A stretch of 64,000 nt of DNA from an uncultured Spirochaetota bacterium (GTDB taxonomy: Bacteria > Spirochaetota > Spirochaetia > SZUA-6 > CAVTHK01), in the NCBI GenBank assembly GCA_963734495.1, contig CAVTHK010000016.1, positions 132,428 to 196,427 of the forward strand. The letters run 5' to 3'. The notes beneath the pieces are model-generated. The model was not told the DNA's origin. It did not search any database and saw nothing but the letters and a program-made list of their open reading frames with translations. Shown in pieces: positions 21,787 to 30,674 of the stretch (positions are counted from its first letter, which is position 1; each line of letters opens with the position of its first letter). A program made the translations under genes and the position numbers.

Positions 21787-22245
21787 CTACCGGGGCAACT
21801 CCGGCGCGTACACCGTCAAGTCCTGCGGGGCGGGCCCGCTGGTCGTTATGGCCACCGTCCTCTCGGCCAGCACCCGCTCGGCGAAGTCCACCCCGTAGTC
21901 CTTCCATGAGATGGTGACCGTGAGGCTCTCCCCGTTGTTCAGGCTGGCCGTCGCGTTCAAGGCCGGCGTGAACAAGGGCAGGGTGTAGTCGTAGGTCATC
22001 CGCGGCAGCTCGACCGACCACGGAGCGGTGACCGCGGACGGCGCAGTGAACGCGCCCGTCTCGTCGGTGGTGTAGATCACGTTTGCGGACAGCCCGGTGG
22101 TGCCGGTCAGGGAGTACTTCACGATATACGTGTAGCGGTCCGCGCCGCTCGAGCCGAGCAGCTCGGGGATGCCCACGGCGCAGCGTGCGAGGCCCGCGAT
22201 CGCCGCCGCGGCGGCCAGGAGCGGCAGGAAGGACCTTGTTCTCAT
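21787..22245 (-). CDS. Hypothetical secreted protein or lipoprotein
   Basis: 152 aa with an N-terminal hydrophobic leader ending AGLARC. The remainder looks beta-rich. I recognised no family motif. Confidence 0.45.
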   Translation of the reverse strand: MRTRSFLPLLAAAAAIAGLARCAVGIPELLGSSGADRYTYIVKYSLTGTTGLSANVIYTTDETGAFTAPSAVTAPWSVELPRMTYDYTLPLFTPALNATASLNNGESLTVTISWKDYGVDFAERVLAERTVAITTSGPAPQDLTVYAPELPR

Positions 22246-22308
22246 CCTGCGTCCAAGTCTATCGCACGCGGGCGCGCAAAGCGAGACCCGTAGTCACGGC
22301 GGTCAACC

Positions 22309-22337
22309 TTGACAGCGGATTCCGCGGCAACTAGACT
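22309..22337 (+). promoter_or_regulatory. Sigma70-like promoter TTGACA-N17-TAGACT for the third ABC locus
   Basis: Hexamers read directly, 48 nt upstream of ORF start 22385. Confidence 0.45.
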
Positions 22338-22384
22338 CTCGGCACGCGTCGAGGCCGGGCGCACGGCGCGGAGCGCAGAGGAGC

Positions 22385-23681
22385 GTGCTGATGAACAAGC
22401 GGGTTGTTGCCCTTTTGGTGCTCGCGGCGTTCTGCGCCGCGGGGACGTGGGCCGAAGGCGGCGTCGAACGCGCGCGCAAGGGACCGGTCACGATCACGTT
22501 CGTGCGAAAGAACACGACGCTGCCGGCGGCATATGAGCAGATCTTCGCTCTCTTCAAGTCCAGGACCGGCAACACCGTCGAAATCCAGGCCTTGCCGTCG
22601 GGCGAGGAGTACGGGCAGCTCCTGATGACCCGTTTCGCGACCAAGGACTACCCGGACCTCTTCGAGATGGACCCCGGCCCCAAGCAGAACACCAAGTTCC
22701 GCGCCGAGGAAACGCTGTACGAGTGGACCAGCGACAAGATCCTGGACCGGCTCGTCGACTCCAGCCGCAACTTCGCCAGGCAGGCGGACGGGAAGATCTA
22801 CGGCATCCCGTGGGGCGCGACGAACAGCTTTGGCGTGTACTACAACAAGGATATCTTCGCCAGGATCGGCGCGAAGGAGCCCCAGAGCTACGCTGAGCTC
22901 CTGGAGATCTGCAACAAGGTCAAGGCGGCGGGGATCACCCCCATCTACGAGGCCGTCAAGACCGGTTGGCCTCCCCAGGTCTACTCCCTCGCGAGCTGGG
23001 TGACGTGGGTCGACCCGGCGATCGGCGACGACGGCGTCGCGAAGCTCACGGTGAACCAGCTCCGCTTCACCGAGATCCCCGCGTTCAAGCAGGTGCTGCA
23101 GCGCCAGGTCCAGCTCAAGACCCTCGGCTACTACCAGGACAACGTGCTCGCCGGAACCTACGACGAGCAGCAGGACATGTTCGGGCAGGGCAAGGTCGCG
23201 ATGATCTTTCAGCTCACCGGGCGTGCTGCCGCTGCTGCAGCAGAAGTTCGGCCCGGACTTCGTCAACAACAAGGTCGGCTGGTTCCCGATCCCGGGCGAA
23301 AGCTCGCCGGGCATCGCGTGCCTGTCGCCCGGCGGACAGATCATGGTCCCCCGCGACAAGCCGAACGCCTCCGTGTCGACTGATCTGGTGCGCTTCATGA
23401 CGGAAAAAGACTCCCTCGACATCTGGTACAAGGTCAATCCCGGCATTCCCATTTTCAAGGAGGCCGCCAGCGTTCTCCTGCCCGCCCAGGAACAGGTGCT
23501 GAAACTGGCGAAAGAGGGAAAGGCGAAGATCAACCTGCAGAACAGGATCACCTCGTCGTTCCCCGACTATCCCAAGATCCTGCAGCAGCTCTTTATCGAC
23601 GGCGACGTCGACAACGCGCTCAAGGTGCTCGACGAGAACTATCGCCGCACGGGCAAGGCCAGGCAGCTGCCCGGCTTCTAG
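22385..23681 (+). pseudogene. Sugar ABC transporter substrate-binding protein, single frame break
   Basis: Signal peptide MNKRVVALLVLAAFCAAGTWA. ORF 22385..23383 continues collinearly in ORF 23223..23681 after a +1 break near 23215. Confidence 0.75.
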
Positions 23682-23690
23682 GAAGACCGT

Positions 23691-23715
23691 GAGGGGCGGC
23701 CGCGCGCCGCCCCTC
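23691..23715 (+). promoter_or_regulatory. Perfect 10-bp GC stem-loop immediately after the SBP stop codon
   Basis: GAGGGGCGGC-CGCGC-GCCGCCCCTC with no T-tract. It is analogous to the hairpin at 1414-1449 after the first SBP gene. Confidence 0.45.
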
Positions 23716-23748
23716 CGAGCTGCTCGAGGACAGGGCCAGGCCCGACCC

Positions 23749-24618
23749 GTGAGACACACCGACTACCCTCTCGCATTCGCTTTCCCGGCGGCGTTCGTCT
23801 TTCTGCTCATGTTCGTCACGCCCACCGTGACGAGCTTCTACTACAGCCTGACGGACTGGAACATCCACGCGCGCGGCGTCAAGTTCATCGGGCTCGAGAA
23901 CTTCCGGGAGCTCTTCACCGACGTCAAGCTGGTGGCCGCGATCCGCAACACCGTCGTCTTCGCCGTCTCCGTGACCGTGCTTCGCAACGTGATCGGCCTC
24001 GTCCTCGCGCTGGCGCTCAACATGCGCATGCGGCTGCGCAACGTCCTGCGCACGATCTTCTTTACGCCCTACGTGATCGCGCCCATCATCATCGGCTACC
24101 TGTTCGCGGCCCTCTACCAGCCGGCCCACGGGCTCATCAACCAGACGCTGCGGTGGGCGGGCCTCGGGGCGCTCGCCGTCGACTGGCTCAACGACGCACG
24201 CTACGCCCTGTTTGCCACGATCATGACCGACGTGTGGCGGACGAGCGGCTTCGCCATGGTGATCTACCTCGCGGGGCTGCAGGTGATCCCGGGGGATCTC
24301 TACGAGAGCGCGGCGCTCGACGGCGCCGGGGCCTGGGGGAGGTTCGCGCACATCACGTTCCCGCTGCTCGCCCCGTCGTTCACGGTGAACCTCGTGCTCT
24401 CGATCATCGGGACGCTCAAGGTCTTCGTCATGATCCTCGTCCTGACCAATGGCGGGCCGGGGTACGCGACCGAGGTGATCAACACCTACATCATGTCGAA
24501 CTTCAGCCTTGGTCTCTACGGGTACGCCACCGCCGCCAACCTGATGCTGTTCCTGCTGATCGCCGCGATCGGCCTCCCGCTGCTCTACGGGCTGCGGAAG
24601 CGGGAGGTCGAGCTGTGA
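23749..24618 (+). CDS. ABC transporter permease (MalF-like)
   Basis: Track ORF 23689..24618. I prefer GTG 23749 because 23689-23715 is occupied by the hairpin. Hydrophobic, with EAA loop LYESAALDGAGAWGRFAHITFPLLAP. Confidence 0.8.
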   Translation: MRHTDYPLAFAFPAAFVFLLMFVTPTVTSFYYSLTDWNIHARGVKFIGLENFRELFTDVKLVAAIRNTVVFAVSVTVLRNVIGLVLALALNMRMRLRNVLRTIFFTPYVIAPIIIGYLFAALYQPAHGLINQTLRWAGLGALAVDWLNDARYALFATIMTDVWRTSGFAMVIYLAGLQVIPGDLYESAALDGAGAWGRFAHITFPLLAPSFTVNLVLSIIGTLKVFVMILVLTNGGPGYATEVINTYIMSNFSLGLYGYATAANLMLFLLIAAIGLPLLYGLRKREVEL

Positions 24619-25433
24619 AGCGGCTGCGGCTGCTGACCGCGCTCGTCGAGATGCTCTGCCTGGCCCTCGCCGTCGCGGTGGTCGTCCCGTTCCTCATGAT
24701 CGCGCTCAATTCGCTCAAGGGCGTGCGCGAGGCCGCTCTCTTCGGCCTCTCCCTTCCGTCGAAGTGGATGTGGAGCAACTACGGCAAGGTGCTGTCGGAA
24801 TCGGGGATCCTGCGCGGCTTCGCCAACAGCATCGGGCTGGCCGCCGCCGTCGTCCTCGTCGACGACGTGTTCGCGGCGCTGGCCGCGTTCGTGATCCAGA
24901 GACGGCGCGGGGCCCTTCGCTTCCTCTACTATCTCTTCTTCCTGGGGCTGATCGCCCCGGTCGCGATCGTCCCGACGATCCGGCTCATGATGGACCTGCG
25001 CATCCACAACACGTATCCCGGCATCGTCCTCTACTACACGGCCACCGTGCTGCCGTTTTCCGTGTTCGTGCTCACGGGGTTCATGAAGTCGCTGCCCCGC
25101 GAGCTGGACGAGGCCGCGCTGATGGAGGGCTGCGGGTACGCGCGGCTGTTCTTCCGCATCATCGTGCCCCTCATCGTGTCCGCTCTCGTTACCGTGACGA
25201 TCGTGGTCACGACGGCGGTCTGGGACGACTTTATGGGGCCTTTCTACCTGATCTCCGACAGCCGCAAATGGACGATCATGCTCAAGATCTTCAGCTTCAT
25301 GTCCCAGTACGAGACCCAGTGGGGCCTGGTGTTCGCCTTCATGATGATGGTGCTCGCGCCGGTGCTCATCGTCTACCTCGCCCTCCAGCGGTACATCATC
25401 GAGGGCCTGACTGCCGGGTCGCTCAAGGGGTAG
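24615..25433 (+). CDS. ABC transporter permease (MalG-like)
   Basis: GTG 24615 overlaps the upstream TGA (GTGA). EAA loop LDEAALMEGCGYARLFFRIIVPL. C-terminal IIEGLTAGSLKG. Confidence 0.8.
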   Translation: MKRLRLLTALVEMLCLALAVAVVVPFLMIALNSLKGVREAALFGLSLPSKWMWSNYGKVLSESGILRGFANSIGLAAAVVLVDDVFAALAAFVIQRRRGALRFLYYLFFLGLIAPVAIVPTIRLMMDLRIHNTYPGIVLYYTATVLPFSVFVLTGFMKSLPRELDEAALMEGCGYARLFFRIIVPLIVSALVTVTIVVTTAVWDDFMGPFYLISDSRKWTIMLKIFSFMSQYETQWGLVFAFMMMVLAPVLIVYLALQRYIIEGLTAGSLKG

Positions 25434-25502
25434 GCTCGAGGGGCAACGCGGCCCCGCGGCGCGCGGCTGCGAGACGCCCGCGGTAGGGGGACGGAGGGAC
25501 AC

Positions 25503-27248
25503 ATGGCAACCGAGAGAATGGTGCCGGGCACGCTCCTGCTCGAGGAACGTGCGGGAATCGCCGCGAACGCGCTGGTGGGTCTGGCGGACGAGGACTACGA
25601 GCATATCCCGTTCTTCAGCGGGTTCCTCATCGCGAAGCCGGCGTGGATGACCCACGGCAACTGGTTCTGCGGGCTTCACGGGCGGCTCATCGACGCGCTC
25701 ATAAGGGCGCGCTGCATGTCCGGAACCACGCAGGGCCTGGACGTCGAGGAGCACTACCGGAGCAACCTTCTTTCGTTTTTCCGTCCCGACGGCCTGGTCT
25801 ACAGGCGGAACACGTTCACGCAGGAGACCATCACGGAGCACCAGGCGCGCTTCGAGGAGAGCGCCAGCATGATCGACCAGCGCGCCGTGATGCTCGGCGT
25901 GACCACCTGGTACATGGCCACCGGTGACCCGAGGGCCAAGGACGCCTCGGACAGGCAGTGCGCCGCCCTCAGACGGATCGCGAGAAAGGAGCGGGACTCC
26001 TGGTACTACCCTGCCTCCGAGTACACCGAGCACGGGTGGCCCTCGTTCGACGCGGTGCACACCCGCCTCGCCGTGGACCCTGCGGCCATGTGGGGCCGCC
26101 AGGTGATGCCGCTCATCCGCTGGCATCAGTTCACGGGCAACGCGGACGCCTACGAGCTGGCGGAGAGCTTCGTCGCGAACATCGTGCACCGCAGCGGCGT
26201 CTTCAACAGGGACGGCAGCTTCAACGGCGCCCTCGAGTACCGCAACGGGCATTTCCACACGCGCATGGGGACCCTCGACGCCGTCGCCCGCTTTGCCGTG
26301 TTCACGGGGGATTCGTCCCTCCTCGCCTGGGTGAAGAAGTCCTACGACTGGGCGCTCACGCAGTGCACCGCCTTCGGGTGGACTCCGGGCGACATGCAGG
26401 ACCAGGCATACGAGCACGAGACCTGCTCGCTCGTGGACGCCATCAGCGTGGGCCTCACCCTGGCCCGGGCCGGTTACCACGAGTATTGGGGCTGCATCGA
26501 GCGCTTCGTGCGCAATCAGCTTACCGAGGCGCAGCTCCTCGACATCGCCTGGATCGACGAATCGCAGGACAAGAGCAGGGACATCCCCAGGCGCAAGACC
26601 TTCTACAAGGTCGCGCAGCGGCTGCGCGGAGCCTTCGCCGGCTACTCGGCGCCCAATGACTTTGTCTACGACGGGCCGTGGGGGCGGGGCCACGTCATGG
26701 ACGTCCAGGGCTGCTGCGTGGCATCCGGCACGCGCGGCCTGCACGCGGCCTGGAGCGCGATCGTGACGGAAAGCCGCGGCCGTGTCTCCGTGAACCTCCT
26801 GCTGAGCCGCGGTACCCGGTGGCTCGACGTGAGCAGCCACATGCCGCACGAAGGCCGCGTCGACCTGGACGTCAACATGGATCTCCCGGACCTGCTGGTG
26901 CGCATCCCTGAATGGGCCCCCTTTGGAGGCGTGGAAGTCGCGCGTACGCGGGGCGGCGAGACAGTCGAAACCACGGGCAGACGGCTGAGCTGGGTCAATC
27001 AGCGTTTCATGCGGCTCGGGCCGGCGAGGGAGGGCGAGAGGATCACGATCAAGTTCCCCCTGCGACGGCAGACGACGGTCGAGAGGGCCGTCGACCGGGA
27101 GTTCACCGTCGAGTGGATTGGTGACGACGTCGTGGGCATCGATCCGCCGGGCAGGTACTACCCGCTCTACAGCGGCCGCAAGGTCCTGCCATCTGCGCCG
27201 ATGAGGCCCTTTGCCTACGCGAGGGACAACGGTACTATTCCGATCTGA
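25503..27248 (+). CDS. Putative glycoside hydrolase, GH127/DUF1680-like (Glu-x-Cys and Cys-Cys motifs)
   Basis: Intact 581-aa ORF. YEHETCSLVD (E306-T-C308, nt 26418-26426) and VQGCCVASG (C404-C405, nt 26712-26717) resemble the Zn/catalytic Cys arrangement of GH127 beta-L-arabinofuranosidases. It sits directly after the ABC permeases. Confidence 0.4.
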   Translation: MATERMVPGTLLLEERAGIAANALVGLADEDYEHIPFFSGFLIAKPAWMTHGNWFCGLHGRLIDALIRARCMSGTTQGLDVEEHYRSNLLSFFRPDGLVYRRNTFTQETITEHQARFEESASMIDQRAVMLGVTTWYMATGDPRAKDASDRQCAALRRIARKERDSWYYPASEYTEHGWPSFDAVHTRLAVDPAAMWGRQVMPLIRWHQFTGNADAYELAESFVANIVHRSGVFNRDGSFNGALEYRNGHFHTRMGTLDAVARFAVFTGDSSLLAWVKKSYDWALTQCTAFGWTPGDMQDQAYEHETCSLVDAISVGLTLARAGYHEYWGCIERFVRNQLTEAQLLDIAWIDESQDKSRDIPRRKTFYKVAQRLRGAFAGYSAPNDFVYDGPWGRGHVMDVQGCCVASGTRGLHAAWSAIVTESRGRVSVNLLLSRGTRWLDVSSHMPHEGRVDLDVNMDLPDLLVRIPEWAPFGGVEVARTRGGETVETTGRRLSWVNQRFMRLGPAREGERITIKFPLRRQTTVERAVDREFTVEWIGDDVVGIDPPGRYYPLYSGRKVLPSAPMRPFAYARDNGTIPI

Positions 27249-27258
27249 GGAGCGGGAG

Positions 27259-27924
27259 ATGACAACAGTCACTGGCATATTCACGGGGCAGGGCCTGATC
27301 GGCCTTCTCCAGCCCATATTGGCGAGGGAGCTTCCGGGCTGCCGCGTCGTCAACATCCTCGATGACAGCGTGATCCGCGACGTGATCGCCGAAGGCGGCG
27401 TGGGCAAGTCCGTGATCAGGCGCATGCTGCAGTACTATCAGATCGCGGCCGACGCGGGCGCGGACGTCATCCTCAACACCTGCTCGTCCGTCGGCGAGGT
27501 GGTCGCGCTCGGCCGGGAGGTCGTGAGTGTCCCCATCGTGAGGATCGACGAGCCGATGGCCGCGAAGGCCGTCGCAAGCTACGAGCGGATAGGCGTGCTC
27601 GCCACGCTCCCCACCACGCTGAACCCGACCATCCGGCTTCTCCGGTCGCAGGCCGCGGCGCAGGGGAGGTCCGTCACCATCGTCGAGGGCCTTGCCGAAG
27701 GCGCCTACGACGCCCTGGTCGGCGGAAAGGCCGCGGAGCACGACGAGCTGATCCTTCGCGCGGCCCGCAGGATCGCGGACCGGGTGGACTGCATCGTGCT
27801 GGCCCAGGGCTCCATGGCGAGGATGGAAGCGGCCCTCGCCGAAAAGACTGGCAGGGCGGTGCTCTCCAGCCCGTACCTCGCGGTGATGTCCGTCAAGTCC
27901 ATGATCGCGGCGGCGGTCAAGTAG
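27259..27924 (+). CDS. Asp/Glu/hydantoin racemase family protein
   Basis: 221 aa; ATG 27259 follows GGAGCGGGAG. The fold is suggested by ILNTCSSVG and IVLAQGSMA, which occupy the two active-site positions. Only the first position carries Cys. Confidence 0.55.
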   Translation: MTTVTGIFTGQGLIGLLQPILARELPGCRVVNILDDSVIRDVIAEGGVGKSVIRRMLQYYQIAADAGADVILNTCSSVGEVVALGREVVSVPIVRIDEPMAAKAVASYERIGVLATLPTTLNPTIRLLRSQAAAQGRSVTIVEGLAEGAYDALVGGKAAEHDELILRAARRIADRVDCIVLAQGSMARMEAALAEKTGRAVLSSPYLAVMSVKSMIAAAVK

Positions 27925-28337
27925 CGGGAATTTCCCTCGGAAACTTGCGGGCAACAGGGATATTGTCGACAATAACCGTACGGACCCCGACCAGGAGGCC
28001 GAGGCCCTCGCAGGAGGGTACAGTGCCTGACGAAGTCGTGATGCCGTGGGACGTCCCGACCAGACCGGCGCCGGGACCCGAGCGGAATCAACCGCGACCC
28101 GCAGATGCCTCTCGAAAAGAAGAAGAGCAGAAGGGAAGGGATACTCCCGCCCAACCTGAGCTGCCTCCCGAGTACCACCTCGGCTGAGCGGCGGTCACCG
28201 CTCTCGGTCGGGATCGATGTCGCCCTCGGGCTGAGCCGCGCCGGGATTGACGCCCGCACGGTCCCCCGCTAAAGCTATCGGGACCCGGCGGGCGGATCTC
28301 CCCGAAGGCGTTTCGCTGTCGCCGGACGGGAGGCAAC

Positions 28338-29201
28338 ATGCAAACGATGAGAGTTCGCGCTGCGATCCTGGCGGTCGCCGCCTGGGCGGTGCTCGCGTCC
28401 GCGGGCGCAAGCGCACAGCAGCCGGCGCCGCAGCCTGCGCCGCGCGACACGCACGAGCTCCTGAACGCGACGCTTTGGATTCAGACCTCAGCGGAGCACT
28501 GGGCCGCCTGCCGCTCCACATATGGGGCGGCGACCAGGGCGCTCGACGCCGCGCTTGCCGACCCGGGCTGGACCGCGGCGCTCGAGCAGACCGGATCGTT
28601 CGGGTCCCTGCCGCCGGCCGTGATCGTCGACCTCGACGAAACGATCCTGGACAACTCGCCCTTCGCGGGACGCCTCGTGTCCGACCGCATCCCGTTCGAT
28701 CCGAAAGTGTGGGCCCAGTGGGTGGCGCGGGCCGACGCGGCGGCGCTGCCCGGCTCCCTGGACTTCATCCGGCACGCCCAGGGCAGGGGAGTCACGGTCT
28801 TCTACGTGACGAACCGGTCTGCCGACCAGGAGGAAGCGACTCGTGCCAACCTGTCGCGCCTGGGTATCGCGCTTCCCGCCGACACAGACACCGTTCTCAT
28901 GAGCCGGGAACGGCCCGAGTGGAGGTCCGACAAGTCGTCGCGCCGCGCTTTCGTCGCGGCGAGGTACCGGGTCCTGCTCCTCGTCGGCGACGACCTGGGC
29001 GACTTCGTCTCCGGCGCGGCGGGCACACCGGAGAATCGCGTCGCTCTGGCGGAGCGATACGCGGACTACTGGGGAACGCGATGGTTCGTCATCCCCAACC
29101 CGATGAACGGCTCGTGGGAAACTGCCGTGTACGGAAACGAGTTCCCGCCCGACCGTGAAGTGCTCCAGCGCAAGCTCGCGAAGGTCAAGTCCTTCAGGTA
29201 G
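28338..29201 (+). CDS. Class C acid phosphatase / 5'-nucleotidase lipoprotein e(P4) family (HAD IIIB)
   Basis: Signal peptide, then VIVDLDETILDNS and LLVGDDLGDF aspartate motifs, and the C-terminal WFVIPNPMNGSWE typical of this family. Confidence 0.75.
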   Translation: MQTMRVRAAILAVAAWAVLASAGASAQQPAPQPAPRDTHELLNATLWIQTSAEHWAACRSTYGAATRALDAALADPGWTAALEQTGSFGSLPPAVIVDLDETILDNSPFAGRLVSDRIPFDPKVWAQWVARADAAALPGSLDFIRHAQGRGVTVFYVTNRSADQEEATRANLSRLGIALPADTDTVLMSRERPEWRSDKSSRRAFVAARYRVLLLVGDDLGDFVSGAAGTPENRVALAERYADYWGTRWFVIPNPMNGSWETAVYGNEFPPDREVLQRKLAKVKSFR

Positions 29202-29280
29202 GCGCCGCGCGCCCTTTGCACGCCCCCGCCGGCGCGTGTAGAGTCGAGCCCACCGCAGCGAGGCGGCAGAGGGAGGAACC

Positions 29281-29928
29281 ATGAAGAAGAAGCACGCGTG
29301 CCTCGGGCTGATCATCCTGTCGGCGGCCGTCGCTTTCGCGCAGGACATCCAGCTGCCGGCCCCCAGGGCGAGGGCCGGCGTGGACCTGTTCGACGCCATC
29401 AACGCGCGAAGCGTCACCCGGGCACCGGTCAAGCACGACATCCCGCTCGCGGATCTTTCTGCGATCCTGTGGGCGGCCAATGGGGCCAAGCCGGTCGACG
29501 CGGTGTCGTCGGCGAGCAAGGCGGGCCGAACCATCCCGTATTCCGGCGACACGGCCTACATCAACGTCTACTACCTGGACGGGAAAGGCATCTACCTCTA
29601 CGTGCCCGAGAGCAACCTGCTCAAGCAGGTTGCATCCGGCGACTCCCGGCAAGCGGCGGTGCCGTCGACCTTCGGGACGTCGCCCGGGATGCTGCTCTTC
29701 ACCTACGACTATGCAAAGACGCCGCGCTTCCTGCGCACGCCGGCGATCCGCGAATCGACGACGGCGACCGCCGCCTTCGGCGCGCAGAACGCGGCGCTCG
29801 CGGCCGCAACCATGGGCCTCGATTCGATCATCATGTACAACATGAAGGCGGACGTCATGTCAGCCGCGGCGAAGCTGACAAAGGACGAGCCGCCGCTGTT
29901 CATCATGCAGCTCGGCTATCGGAAGTAG
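29281..29928 (+). CDS. Nitroreductase-fold (SagB-like) protein with a signal peptide
   Basis: Leader MKKKHACLGLIILSAAVAFAQD. The segments INARSVTR, LSAILWAANG and GRTIPYSGDTAYINVYY resemble nitroreductase/SagB-type motifs. Confidence 0.5.
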   Translation: MKKKHACLGLIILSAAVAFAQDIQLPAPRARAGVDLFDAINARSVTRAPVKHDIPLADLSAILWAANGAKPVDAVSSASKAGRTIPYSGDTAYINVYYLDGKGIYLYVPESNLLKQVASGDSRQAAVPSTFGTSPGMLLFTYDYAKTPRFLRTPAIRESTTATAAFGAQNAALAAATMGLDSIIMYNMKADVMSAAAKLTKDEPPLFIMQLGYRK

Positions 29929-30017
29929 GGGCGCCTCCCGCCATGACCGCGCCATCGCCGCGCCTCTTGCCGCCTCGGCCCCGCTTCGATAATGTGCAGG
30001 CCCTTGGAAGGGGGACC

Positions 30018-30659
30018 ATGGTGCCGGGCACAAGGGGCCGCTGCGCTTGCGTGATCTTCGACTTCGGGGGCGTGATCAGCCATCCGCAGCGCCCGCAGTT
30101 CATGGACGAGGCCGCAGCCATCGTTGGCGTCGATGTTCCTTCGCTGCGCGAGGCATATCGGCGCTATCGAGGCGACTATGACCGCGGCGCTTTCGACGGC
30201 CCCGAATACTGGCGGAGGGTTCTGAGCGACGCCGGCTCCCGCGACCAGAGGGCCCGCATCGGCGAGTTGATCGCCCTCGACACGGTCAGCTGGACGACGA
30301 TCAACGATCGCGTCCTCGACGCCATCCGCGGCGTCGGCGGCCGCGGGTACCGCCTGGCCGTCCTCTCGAACATGCCCTGGGAGATCGACCGCTACATCAA
30401 GGGTGGGTTCGCCTGGCTGGAGATGTTCGAAACGCTGACTTTCTCCTGCGAGGTCGGTGCCATCAAGCCCGAGCCGGCGATCTACGCTCACGCGCTCGAG
30501 CGCCTGGGCCTCGCGGCGAGCGAATGCCTGTTCGTTGACGACACCGAGGCCAACGTGGCCGGGGCGCTCGCTGTTGGCCTGCCTTCGATCTGCTTTCGCA
30601 GCCTCGCGGGCCTGGAGGCGGCGCTGGATGGGGGCGCGGCCTCGAGGCCGCGAACGTAG
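30018..30659 (+). CDS. HAD-superfamily hydrolase, subfamily IA
   Basis: ATG 30018 within ORF 29298..30659. Motif I VIFDFGGVI, motif II LSN, motif IV FVDDTEANVAGA. Confidence 0.7.
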   Translation: MVPGTRGRCACVIFDFGGVISHPQRPQFMDEAAAIVGVDVPSLREAYRRYRGDYDRGAFDGPEYWRRVLSDAGSRDQRARIGELIALDTVSWTTINDRVLDAIRGVGGRGYRLAVLSNMPWEIDRYIKGGFAWLEMFETLTFSCEVGAIKPEPAIYAHALERLGLAASECLFVDDTEANVAGALAVGLPSICFRSLAGLEAALDGGAASRPRT

Positions 30660-30674
30660 CCTGCCGCGGCCGCC

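Noticed and set aside
24585-27425. Very long antisense ORFs (946 aa here; also 42416..44911 at 831 aa, 59350..61599 at 749 aa, 5390..6910 and 1382..2443)
   Set aside because: Their products are Arg/Gly/Pro/Asp-rich and low in complexity, lying opposite clearly recognisable genes. This is the usual stop-poor antisense frame of high-GC DNA.
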